DNA from: Verrucomicrobiales bacterium
GTDB lineage: Bacteria; Verrucomicrobiota; Verrucomicrobiia; Verrucomicrobiales; V1-33
DNA: 64,000 nucleotides
Assembly (NCBI GenBank): GCA_031411295.1
Contig: JANOAV010000150.1
Location: 1 to 64,000 of the forward strand
Direction of reading: 5' to 3'
The position numbers and the translations under genes are program-made. Shown piece after piece: positions 55,447-64,000 of the stretch (positions are counted from its first letter, which is position 1; every line of letters begins with the position of its first letter). The notes beneath the pieces were generated by a model. The model was not told the origin of the DNA and ran no database searches. It saw nothing but the letters and a program-made list of their open reading frames with translations.

Positions 55447-56342
55447 TCTGATAGGAATTTGCTTTTTCAGGGGGCGTTGGATTGGGGTTCGGAATCGGGG
55501 AGTGGGGGGCTGGGGGGAGAGAGGGGGCGGGAAGGATGAATTATGAAGGGAAAGGGATGAGTTAGAGGTGTGCCCGTCCTTCGTGGGGGCAATAATGGTG
55601 TTTTGCATGGGAGGACGGGGTGGTTCACGGTGGTTTTCCTATTCTAATGAGAATAGCTCTCCTGCTCCGCGTTGCCAAGATTTTTCTTGGTAGCGGATTT
55701 TGCGGTTTTCCTTCGGCCACTTCCTGCTCTTAAGCGGATTCTAGGACGAGCGTGCGGTCGTCTCCGAGATCAATTTCTGGAGCCTTCCAGGCTTGTTCGG
55801 TAGTTTCGTCGGTGCTTTGATCCCAGAGTTCGAGGGTGTCAGCAAATGGCGCTTCGTCTTCGTCGGCTGGAATCCAGCCTCGGATGGCTTGCCAGGGTGG
55901 GTGGATGGGTCCGAAGGTGTCGATGTAGAATGGTGGCTCGGGTGGTGGGGGAAGGCTGATGAGGGCCACCCACAAGCCGAGGAGGCGGAGGAAAAATTTG
56001 ATTTCCTCCGAGCGGGAGATGGTTTCGGCGCGACGCATGGTGCCTTGGCAGCAGGGACATTTGAGGGGGTCGGTGCCCCAGACGCGGAGGATGAGGTCCC
56101 GCCACAAGGGGCGCTTGGCGCGGGCGGTGGCTTTGGGTGGGGCGGGGTGGACTTGGGATTTGAGATTTGAATTTTCTGATTCGAGATTTGGGGAGGTGGG
56201 TGCAGGTGGGGGAATGATGGCTGCGGTGGGTTTGGTGAGGCCGCGGGTTTTGTTGGAATAGAGGCCGTAGTAGCGAATCGTTTGACTTCGTCTAAGCAGA
56301 ATGCGGCTATGCCGGTTTGCAGTGCCGCTCATCGCGGCATGG
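55447..56342 (-). mobile_element. IS91-family element remnant, copy 3 (3' part of the transposase, 55730-~56285)
   Basis: Terminus tctgataggaatttgctttttcaggg. QTIRYYGLYSNKTRG (Y2 motif), WRDLILRVWGTDPLKCPCCQGTMR, tail WKAPEIDLGDDRTLVLESA. Confidence 0.85.
55650..55678 (-). promoter_or_regulatory. Sigma70-like outward promoter TTGGCA-17-TATTCT in copy 3
   Basis: Minus strand ttggca acgcggagcaggagagc tattct. Confidence 0.55.
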
Positions 56343-56454
56343 ACCGTCGGTTTATTGCTCCAAGTGCTGCGAAGTCTGGCCACAACGAAGCATGAGGAGG
56401 GAAGGCAGAAAAATACCGTTTGAGTTATTTGCTGCCATTGGGAATACTCTATGG

Positions 56455-57312
56455 ATGGCAGCAGATTCTCATGATAGCGGGATTGGGGTTACGTTGTGCT
56501 CATCCTTTCTTGGTTTTTATACGCACGCTGGATTTCTGGCGGGGTTGCAGGCAGAGGGATTGGCACCCAAGCACTTGGCCGGAGCCTCCTCCGGTGGGAT
56601 GGTGGCCGGATTGACAGCGGCTGGTATCAGCCCGCAGGATCAATTGGAATTTTATTGCAGTAAAGCCTTCCGCTATGCTTTCCTGGAGCCGAAACACATG
56701 ATCAGTATTCCGTTTCTCCGGTTACTCGGTCGCCCCGCTACCGGGCTTTCCACCGGGCAACGGGCGGTGGAGTTATTGCGGGAGTTCATCGGTAACAAGC
56801 GGATTGAAGACTGCGCACAGGCCCAGTTGGCGCTGGCGGTTACCAACCTCACGCTCGGGCGCTCGGAGATTCGCCAGGTCGGCCCGCTGGCGGAGACGAT
56901 CGTGGCGAGTTGCGCCTATCCGACCATGGTGCAACAGCAGCGACTGGGGGAGGAGTTGTTTTGGGATGGCGGCATTGCCAACGATGGACCGTTTGGTCAT
57001 TGGTTGGGGCAGGGGCAGGTGAGGACCATTTTGATTCACAGCGTTGGCATGCCCAGTCATCGACTCGTGACCGGACGCATGGGAATTCGCCAGGGATTCC
57101 ATCGCTGTCTGGATGCCATTGGCGCAGAGTTGTTCCGTCTGCGCCATGAGTTGGCGAAAATGAATCATCAAACGGTTCGGCGCTGGAACACCCCCACCAA
57201 ACGCCCGCTGCTCTTCATCAGTGAGGCTTCCGGGCGGGCCAATTTTGCCGCAGGCGAGGCGATGGGACGAGAGGCCGCGCAGAGTTTATTGGAGGCGGAT
57301 GCCCACGGCTAG
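56455..57312 (+). CDS. Patatin-like phospholipase
   Basis: SSFLGFYTHAG, GASSG nucleophile elbow, ASCAYP, DGG. Likely start MAADSH at 56455. Confidence 0.85.
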   Translation: MAADSHDSGIGVTLCSSFLGFYTHAGFLAGLQAEGLAPKHLAGASSGGMVAGLTAAGISPQDQLEFYCSKAFRYAFLEPKHMISIPFLRLLGRPATGLSTGQRAVELLREFIGNKRIEDCAQAQLALAVTNLTLGRSEIRQVGPLAETIVASCAYPTMVQQQRLGEELFWDGGIANDGPFGHWLGQGQVRTILIHSVGMPSHRLVTGRMGIRQGFHRCLDAIGAELFRLRHELAKMNHQTVRRWNTPTKRPLLFISEASGRANFAAGEAMGREAAQSLLEADAHG

Positions 57313-57489
57313 CCCGCATTTCTCACCAGAATCTGCTGCGGCTTGACCTTGCTTGATTTACCGGCGTTGCGCTGGTTTGCTCCTTGGGCAGTATGTCCTC
57401 ATACAGCCCGGCGTCGCATCCTGCGCGCGCCTTGGTAAATCAAGCAATCTCTGCGCCTCGCGACGATTCTGGTGAGAAATGCGGGCTAG
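57309..57489. mobile_element. 181-bp MITE-like element with perfect 25-bp terminal inverted repeats
   Basis: ctagcccgcatttctcaccagaatc ... gattctggtgagaaatgcgggctag, with an inner IR ttgcttgatttacc/ggtaaatcaagcaa. Confidence 0.8.
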
Positions 57490-58709
57490 ACTTTCAAATA
57501 AAGTTTCTTGCGGTGCATCCAGAGCAGGATGAGCCAGAACATCAGCAAGACCACACTTCCCAGCACCACTGGCTGCATTTCCGGCCCCAGGAGGAGGAAC
57601 GGTGTGGGGCCAAAGTGCTGCACCAAGGTTTCCTCCAGAAATTCATCGATGGTGTGGAAGAGTAAATACATGGCCAGTGAATTCATGCCCATAACGATGA
57701 GCGGGAAAGCCCAGCGCTGGTAATACTTTACGTCCATAACATAATAGAATCCCGCCATCATGACACCACTCCAGCCAGCGCTGAATAACACCCAGGAAGG
57801 CGTCCAGAGTTTCTTGATGAGTGGACAAACTCCCAACCCATGCAAGCCCCAACCGAGCGCGATGCCCGCCACTCCATACTTGAGTAAGCGAACCACGATC
57901 CACGTGGAGCGCGGCTGGCTGCTCGCTTGTTTCAGCCAGGCTCCTGCGATCAATCCCAGAATCATATTTGCCAGCGTGGGGATGAAATTGAGGGTGTTAT
58001 AGCCGCCCGTATAACCCACCCAGGGTCGGGAACGCGGAAACAGATTGAGGAACCAGGAATCGAACGCCCAGGCGGCATTGCGATTTAAGTTCCAGTGGGC
58101 ATAAAATCCCTGGGCGTGATGCGACCAGCCATCTGGAATGTTTACTGCCGCATCGTCGAAATTTGCCGGGGGCAGGGGTTGCTGCACGAAGAACCACCAA
58201 TAACCCACTAAAATCAGACCGACACTAACCCAGCGCACCCGCTGACTAGCGAAACTGAGCGCAAAGAGAAACGGGTAGCCCAATCCCATCTGGGTCAGCG
58301 TATCTTCGAAGGTCCAATTCGTGGACTCCCGCCCCAAGCTGCGCACGAAAATGCCCAGCAGGATCAGTAAAACCGAGCGGGCCAGCGCATGCAGCCACAG
58401 TCTTCCAGTGCTCTGACCCCGGGCCACGCGGCTGGAAATGGAGAACGCCAGAGCCACTCCCACCATGAAAACAAACGAGGGATGAATGAGGTCATACAGG
58501 CAGCAACCGACCCACGGCACATGCCACGAGTGGAAGCCCAGCACTTGCCACCAGCTACTCGGTGGGAAATTTTTTGCCACGTCGTCTAAGTGTAGCAATT
58601 CCAGTCCCATCAATAACATCACAAAGCCGCGATACGCGTCCAGTGAGGTAAGTCGCGCAACTGGCAACAGCGGAATTTCGGTGGAAGGGCGGACGGACAT
58701 AGTCGGCAT
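57486..58709 (-). CDS. Heparan-alpha-glucosaminide N-acetyltransferase-like (DUF5009-type) membrane protein
   Basis: RLTSLDAYRG, H..W.G....DLI.P.F.FMVG, PLIKKLWTPSWVL, GMNSL..Y. Confidence 0.8.
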   Translation of the reverse strand: MPTMSVRPSTEIPLLPVARLTSLDAYRGFVMLLMGLELLHLDDVAKNFPPSSWWQVLGFHSWHVPWVGCCLYDLIHPSFVFMVGVALAFSISSRVARGQSTGRLWLHALARSVLLILLGIFVRSLGRESTNWTFEDTLTQMGLGYPFLFALSFASQRVRWVSVGLILVGYWWFFVQQPLPPANFDDAAVNIPDGWSHHAQGFYAHWNLNRNAAWAFDSWFLNLFPRSRPWVGYTGGYNTLNFIPTLANMILGLIAGAWLKQASSQPRSTWIVVRLLKYGVAGIALGWGLHGLGVCPLIKKLWTPSWVLFSAGWSGVMMAGFYYVMDVKYYQRWAFPLIVMGMNSLAMYLLFHTIDEFLEETLVQHFGPTPFLLLGPEMQPVVLGSVVLLMFWLILLWMHRKKLYLKV

Positions 58710-58942
58710 GTAACCTTATGAAATTACCCGCCTCGTCAAGTCGGCAATCGCGGAGTCAACACGCGATCACACGACGAATTGGCCGAACTACGCTAAGCAA
58801 TACCCCTGCCTGTGTGCGGGGCTTCGAAAGCCCCGCTCCCGGTGCGTGTAAATCCGCCATGATGTGGTGCTGGCCAGCAGACGATCTTCGTGCCCGTGGC
58901 TGGAGGCCGCGGCTTCTATTGCATCCTGCGTTTGCCGTAACG

Positions 58943-60136
58943 TTAGAACTGGACGGTTAGGCCCGCTCCCGCCGTCCATCCGTCCATTTCCAAACTGAAG
59001 GAGGAAGGCCCGACGGAGCCAGTGAGGTTTTGTCCCCAGTCATAGCGCCCGAAGGCGGTCAGCGCGAAGCCGCGGCCCAAGGCCACTTCCAGGCCGCTCT
59101 GCAAATAGAAACCTGGGAGCAAATCCGTTCCACTGGAGTGATCAGACCATTTTTTCAGGACCCGATTCCTCCCTCCATTCCGACTGATGAATACGATCTC
59201 GCTCTGGCTGGCATCCCACGAAGCAATATTTAAAGCCGCCCCCAGACCCAAGGCCAGGGTAACCGGACCGCGTGACCACGTGACGTTGCTGCCCAGCGAG
59301 AGGGTGTAATTTTTCAAATCAAACGAACTTCTACCGATGTTCGAGAACTCCACGGAGCTAGCTCCCGCACGCCCCCCACCATTCACGCGGTTGATCGGAA
59401 CGTTGTAAACGATCGGACTGACGGAGTCATATTGGCCACTGTAACCGCCCAAAGGAATGGTGTCGGCATTGCTCGCAATATCAAAGCTGTCTATGCGCGA
59501 CTGAGTGCGGAATGACGAGTTCTGCCCTGCGCTGAGATTGCTGAAGGAGCGACTGGATTCGAACGGCAGATAACTGAACACCCCGTCAAATTTCACGGCC
59601 CAGGCACCACGCAAGGGCAGGACATAACTGAGCTGCACGAAAGGCCCCCAGCCATCCGCCTCCGCGTCCCAAGTGGTCGTGGGCTGCCCATTACGGAAGG
59701 AACCGAAGCTGCTGGAAAGACTGCTGTCGTGCAGTGTCAAGGTGCTGTCCTCATTCTGGTTGGTCCCCAGATCCAGTTGGCTGTTCTCGTTGTATCCCCA
59801 GTAGGCCGTAAGCCCATCGACACTGGTGCCGATATCCTGGAAGACGTAGCCATCGTCATATGTCCGGTCCGCTTCGGAAAGATCATCTCCGCTGCGATAA
59901 GATTTGCGCCCCTGAGCCGACAGTAGCGTGGGTAGAACAAAGGCGGCACTGCGGGTGCGGGTCTCGAAACGAAAATCCCCCAGACTCCGATATTGCCAAC
60001 CACCACCGATTTGCCACGGAGACTTGTCGGAAGGAATGACCACGGGCGGAACTGGCGTTTTCCCATTGGCTGAAGGGCCAGCGACCAGAGTCGAGGCAGC
60101 GGCTAGACTACAGGAGAGAGTGATAAATGAACGCAT
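58943..60136 (-). CDS. Outer-membrane beta-barrel protein
   Basis: Start MRSFITL with a signal peptide. DRTYDDGYV..D...DGLT.YWGY motif. Ends WTAGAGLTVQF. Confidence 0.7.
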   Translation of the reverse strand: MRSFITLSCSLAAASTLVAGPSANGKTPVPPVVIPSDKSPWQIGGGWQYRSLGDFRFETRTRSAAFVLPTLLSAQGRKSYRSGDDLSEADRTYDDGYVFQDIGTSVDGLTAYWGYNENSQLDLGTNQNEDSTLTLHDSSLSSSFGSFRNGQPTTTWDAEADGWGPFVQLSYVLPLRGAWAVKFDGVFSYLPFESSRSFSNLSAGQNSSFRTQSRIDSFDIASNADTIPLGGYSGQYDSVSPIVYNVPINRVNGGGRAGASSVEFSNIGRSSFDLKNYTLSLGSNVTWSRGPVTLALGLGAALNIASWDASQSEIVFISRNGGRNRVLKKWSDHSSGTDLLPGFYLQSGLEVALGRGFALTAFGRYDWGQNLTGSVGPSSFSLEMDGWTAGAGLTVQF

Positions 60137-60274
60137 GATGGAGTAGGTTGAAGGAGTAAACACTTCAGCGCTTTTCTGCGATCTATGCAAGGAAATCCGC
60201 AGGATTCAACGCGTCAACCATGGCGGATTTTGGCAGACTCCACCATCATGATTTCCGCCCATTCTTAAATTTCA

Positions 60275-62650
60275 CTAAGGTTTCGCGGAGGCGGCAGCGG
60301 CAGCTCTCGCTTGCTTGTCTTTGATCGATTTCTCCACTGCTCGCTTCAGGTATCGGCGGACAACACCGAGACTGCTCGGGTGGCGTTCGCTGATCTTCAC
60401 CGAAGTAACCTGATTTCTCTCCGAATCGGTGAGGTGCCAGGAAAGCGGTGGACTGCCACGAAAAGCGAAGACTGCATTTTCAATGTTTACCTTGCCTGGT
60501 TCACCCAGCTGGTTGGGGCGATTCTTCGGCCACCAAATATCGGTCAACATTTCAAAATCATCCGAATTGTGCTGTCTTTGGCCCGTCGTGCGGACCGACA
60601 TTAAGGCCTGTAAGGGTGCGGTTAATTCGGTTATAATGCCTTCCGCCAAGGGTGCGGGTATTTGGGAAGCCCGGACCTGATCGTTGCCGTCCCAGGAAAT
60701 ATTTTGGGGGCGCGGTGCTGCTCCGCTTTGAATCTGAATGACCAGCACTTGTTGGGGGCACTGCAATCCTGACGGTGGCGGATGAACTGGATCTAAAGAT
60801 TGCGCCCTGAGCGTGATCAAGGCTCCGTGCAGCCAGCGGGTGAGCACCGCCATGCCATAGTTGTCGAAGTAGCCGCCATCCACCGCGTGCTCCTCACGGG
60901 CCTCATTGCGAACCCTAGCCGCTGGCGTCACGAAAGGAAAGGAAGCACTCGCACGGGCTGCGGAGACCACTGGAATCGAATACCCTCCCTGGGGCGCATA
61001 CAGCCAGTCCTGCACGTCGCCTGCGGCAGGATCGAAAGAGGTATTCCCGAACACGAGAGGAGTGCCTCGTTCCACGCTGGTCGCGTTAAATAAGACTGCC
61101 GGACATTTCCTAGTCTTCACCCCTGCAATCCAATCGCTTAAGAGAACGCCCTTCAAGCCCGGGGAATGCTGCAGCCAGTCCTGTTCCATCGACACGCCAC
61201 GGTCCGTCCCCTGGGAAACGGGGATGACGCCGGATAAAATATCATGAAAAACCAATCCATGGACGACGGCTCCGAGACTGGACGCTCCACTGGCTTGAGT
61301 TAGGGCATGGCTCTGCAGGTCGGGTTTTCCCTGGGCCATGGTGTTTACGAAATACATAAGACCATAACTGCCGCCGGAAACTCCACTAACACAGCGCACG
61401 CGTTTCAAAAATTCGTGGCCCCAAACGATTTCCTTATTCTCATGGTCCATCATTTTCTCACCAGGATCACTCATGAGTTCCTCCAGCACATGCGCGGCCC
61501 AGAGCCCTGCATGAATGCCTCCTCCTTCGGCTGCAATGAGGATGGGAAAACCGTCATCTGGATCCTTGGGATCCACTCCGAGCACCTCGGAGGCAGGAAT
61601 CGGCACTTTGTTGGATGCGGCCACCGGCTCGATGACGTGAGATTGCCGCCAGAACAGTGAAACCCCGAACACCCAAATAGCCAGTAGCAGCGTGACGGGC
61701 ACAGGAATGCGGTCAAAGAAAAAGGCAATCCCACTGCACACGAGGCAAGCCGCCAACAGCAGGGCCAGCAGGCTGACCAAGGGCGCTACCTCCGAAGGCG
61801 ACATCAAACCAATGCCCAGCAAAATCAGTGTTGCCGCCAAGGTGTAGGCCATCAGCAGGAAGTGACCTACTAGCAATTCAATGGGAGGCCGAGTCGGTGG
61901 AAGATGGTCCGGAGTGTCGTGCTCTGAAGTCGCGTGCGGAATTGGCCTCGTGATGCCAGTCAGCAGAGAATCAGGCAACCAACGGAGCGCTGTGCCGCAA
62001 CTGGTCCAAATTATCCCCACAATTTGGCCAATAAACGAAGCGTGGGTCAAGTCACTTTTAGCTCGGCTGTATTTGGAATGCTGCTCATCCGCAGACGATT
62101 CTAGTTTGCGAAGCAAAGCCGAGCCCATTACCTCTGTAGATTCCACCCCGCCAACTGAGCGAGCAATCCAGACAGCGCCTATGTATAGGATGAAGGCAAG
62201 GCCAATCCCCAGGCTCAAATAGAGCACCGTCCGGAGCCCTGAGATCCCCTCGCTACCAGTCCAACCACTTTCGCTCACCCGTTGAATTAACACCGCAATC
62301 ATGGGGGCTAGGCTGATCAAAAACCAGCCAGCATCCCGCAACCAGTTGGGAACGCCAGGCCCACTGGAGGATTCCAGCCCCTTGGCTTTGAAATCGAATC
62401 GTTCAGGGCCGTAGATCCTCACTAACCTTGCGGGCAATCGCATGCCCCACATTAGGAGCATACTCATCAGTCCCGTGAGGAATAAGCTGGTGCCCGTATC
62501 GATGTCGAAGACCCCGCGGACCATTCCGCCAATGCTTTGATTGCAGACTAGTGCCGGTAAAGCCAGGGTAATACCCGCTGTGACCAATTGCACTCGGTAG
62601 TAATAGAGCCGGAGGGCCCAGCGAATGACGCGAAGACAGAGTTCTTTCAT
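60275..62650 (-). CDS. Multi-TM membrane protein with a C-terminal patatin-like domain
   Basis: Several TM helices, then AAEGGGIHAG, SGVSGGS, SASFPFVTP and VDGGYFDNYG. Confidence 0.8.
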   Translation of the reverse strand: MKELCLRVIRWALRLYYYRVQLVTAGITLALPALVCNQSIGGMVRGVFDIDTGTSLFLTGLMSMLLMWGMRLPARLVRIYGPERFDFKAKGLESSSGPGVPNWLRDAGWFLISLAPMIAVLIQRVSESGWTGSEGISGLRTVLYLSLGIGLAFILYIGAVWIARSVGGVESTEVMGSALLRKLESSADEQHSKYSRAKSDLTHASFIGQIVGIIWTSCGTALRWLPDSLLTGITRPIPHATSEHDTPDHLPPTRPPIELLVGHFLLMAYTLAATLILLGIGLMSPSEVAPLVSLLALLLAACLVCSGIAFFFDRIPVPVTLLLAIWVFGVSLFWRQSHVIEPVAASNKVPIPASEVLGVDPKDPDDGFPILIAAEGGGIHAGLWAAHVLEELMSDPGEKMMDHENKEIVWGHEFLKRVRCVSGVSGGSYGLMYFVNTMAQGKPDLQSHALTQASGASSLGAVVHGLVFHDILSGVIPVSQGTDRGVSMEQDWLQHSPGLKGVLLSDWIAGVKTRKCPAVLFNATSVERGTPLVFGNTSFDPAAGDVQDWLYAPQGGYSIPVVSAARASASFPFVTPAARVRNEAREEHAVDGGYFDNYGMAVLTRWLHGALITLRAQSLDPVHPPPSGLQCPQQVLVIQIQSGAAPRPQNISWDGNDQVRASQIPAPLAEGIITELTAPLQALMSVRTTGQRQHNSDDFEMLTDIWWPKNRPNQLGEPGKVNIENAVFAFRGSPPLSWHLTDSERNQVTSVKISERHPSSLGVVRRYLKRAVEKSIKDKQARAAAAASAKP

Positions 62651-62915
62651 AATACAGGTAAAGATAAAGGTGTTCCCCTTCCTGCGGCAGCGGCCGCGTG
62701 CAGGGCTTAATGGTATCTACCGATTTTTCGCACAAACGTTACCAGAAAATCCACAAAGGACCGATGGACCCGTCTTAAGACACACTTTACCAACAGTGCT
62801 CTGCCACAGTAGGCTCCAACAAACGGATGTCTGGAGTAGGCGCTTGGTTCGAGAAATTTTCATCGCTGGTGAATTTCGTTTCAGCTGGTGCTGATCCCCG
62901 ACGCCCTACGAAATT

Positions 62916-64000
62916 TCACACCGCGCCATAGACGCTTTGCAGGTGGGCGACGGTTTCGTCCGCGGTGTCGGCCTGCACCACGACCAAGCTGCCGGGAGGG
63001 GCCGCAGCCAAGGCCAGATCCAAGGCCTTCAGGGAGCCGGTGATTTTCTCCAACCGCTTGACGCGCGGGGCATTGATCAACCCTTGCGAGAGCAGGCCCA
63101 TGATTTCGCCAGGTTCCCGCCCGCGGCAATAGTCACCTTCGTAGAGCCAGACTTCGTCGAACGCCCGGGAGAGCATTTTGCCTTGTTCCAGAATATCTTC
63201 ATCCCGCCGATCCCCTGGAGCGGAGTAAACCGAAATCCGGTGCGTTTGCGGATAGTTTTCCACGGCCTCCAGCAATTTGCGCAAGGCGGAGGGGTTGTGA
63301 CCATAGTCCACAATAACCGTTAGCTCGCCCAGTTCCAATGTATTGAAGCGACCGGCATTTTGCTCCAGCGTAGGCTGGAAAGACCGGCAACCTTGCCGCA
63401 CCAGATCGTCTGCGATGCCCAACGCCCAAGCCGCCGCCACTGCGGCCAGGGTATTTTCCACCTGGAAGCCGACCTTCCCGCCGTGGGTCAAGGGAACGTC
63501 CGTTAGCGGGATCAGATTCATTTCCCACTCACCTTCTGCGCGGATGATGTTTCCTCCGTGAGTGTAAACGGCTCGTCCACCGGCTTCGCGATGCCGCTGA
63601 ATAATGGGATTCTGGCCATCCAGGGCGAAGAAAATAGTGTGGCGGGGATCGGGCATGGCCATCGCGACCACCAACGGATCGGAAGCATTGAGCACGGCGC
63701 AACCATCCGGACTGACCGTCTTGAGCAAACAGGACTTCACGTCCGCCAACTTCTCCACGGTATCAATGCCGCCCAGTCCCAAGTGATCGCCATCGCCAAT
63801 GTTCGTAATGATCGCCACATCACAGCGGTCAAAGGCCAGACCTTCCCGCAGGATGCCGCCACGTGCCGTTTCCAACACGGCTGCATCCACTAACGGATGC
63901 GACAACACCAGACGAGCGCTCTTGGGTCCGCTGCAATCACCTTCATCCAACTTGCGACGGCCTACGAAAATGCCATCGGTGCTGGTGAATCCAACCCGAT
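62916..64000 (-). CDS. cphA: Cyanophycin synthetase, C-terminal Mur-ligase part (5' end beyond the window)
   Basis: VGFTSTDGI, GDCSGP.SA..VL..P.VDAAVLETARGGILREGLAFDRCDVA, GRFN, VDYGHNP, GDRRDED. Confidence 0.85.
   Translation of the reverse strand, partial: RVGFTSTDGIFVGRRKLDEGDCSGPKSARLVLSHPLVDAAVLETARGGILREGLAFDRCDVAIITNIGDGDHLGLGGIDTVEKLADVKSCLLKTVSPDGCAVLNASDPLVVAMAMPDPRHTIFFALDGQNPIIQRHREAGGRAVYTHGGNIIRAEGEWEMNLIPLTDVPLTHGGKVGFQVENTLAAVAAAWALGIADDLVRQGCRSFQPTLEQNAGRFNTLELGELTVIVDYGHNPSALRKLLEAVENYPQTHRISVYSAPGDRRDEDILEQGKMLSRAFDEVWLYEGDYCRGREPGEIMGLLSQGLINAPRVKRLEKITGSLKALDLALAAAPPGSLVVVQADTADETVAHLQSVYGAV

Noticed and set aside
55730..56383. Intact, active IS91 transposase
   Set aside because: Only the C-terminal part from QTIRYYG onward is present. 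The HUH and N-terminal domains are missing and the ORF start is unrelated sequence.

Overview
GC-rich bacterial chromosomal window, most likely Verrucomicrobia or another PVC lineage. The evidence is a DUF1501 plus planctomycete cytochrome c (PSD1-type) gene pair, large secreted repeat proteins with a shared C-terminal motif, and lineage-typical beta-barrels. 1-37.8 kb holds mostly ordinary chromosomal genes: giant surface proteins, outer-membrane barrels, tRNA-Gly(TCC), a protease, a CotH/LTD protein, a pseudokinase-FGE protein, a hybrid histidine kinase, an RsuA-type synthase and LysE. 37.9-56.4 kb is an accessory mosaic. It contains palindromic REP/MITE-like elements, an integron-type cassette with an attC but no integrase, a 21-nt tandem-repeat ORF, a broken four-helix-bundle gene and a frameshifted SMEK/NB-ARC/TPR (NLR-like) gene. 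Most strikingly, four co-oriented cargo genes are each preceded by a remnant of the same IS91-family rolling-circle element. All four remnants keep a conserved terminus, and three also keep an outward sigma70-like promoter while the transposase has decayed. 56.4-64 kb returns to ordinary genes (two patatins, an HGSNAT-like protein, a beta-barrel and a partial cphA). All calls come from reading motifs by eye; no searches were run.
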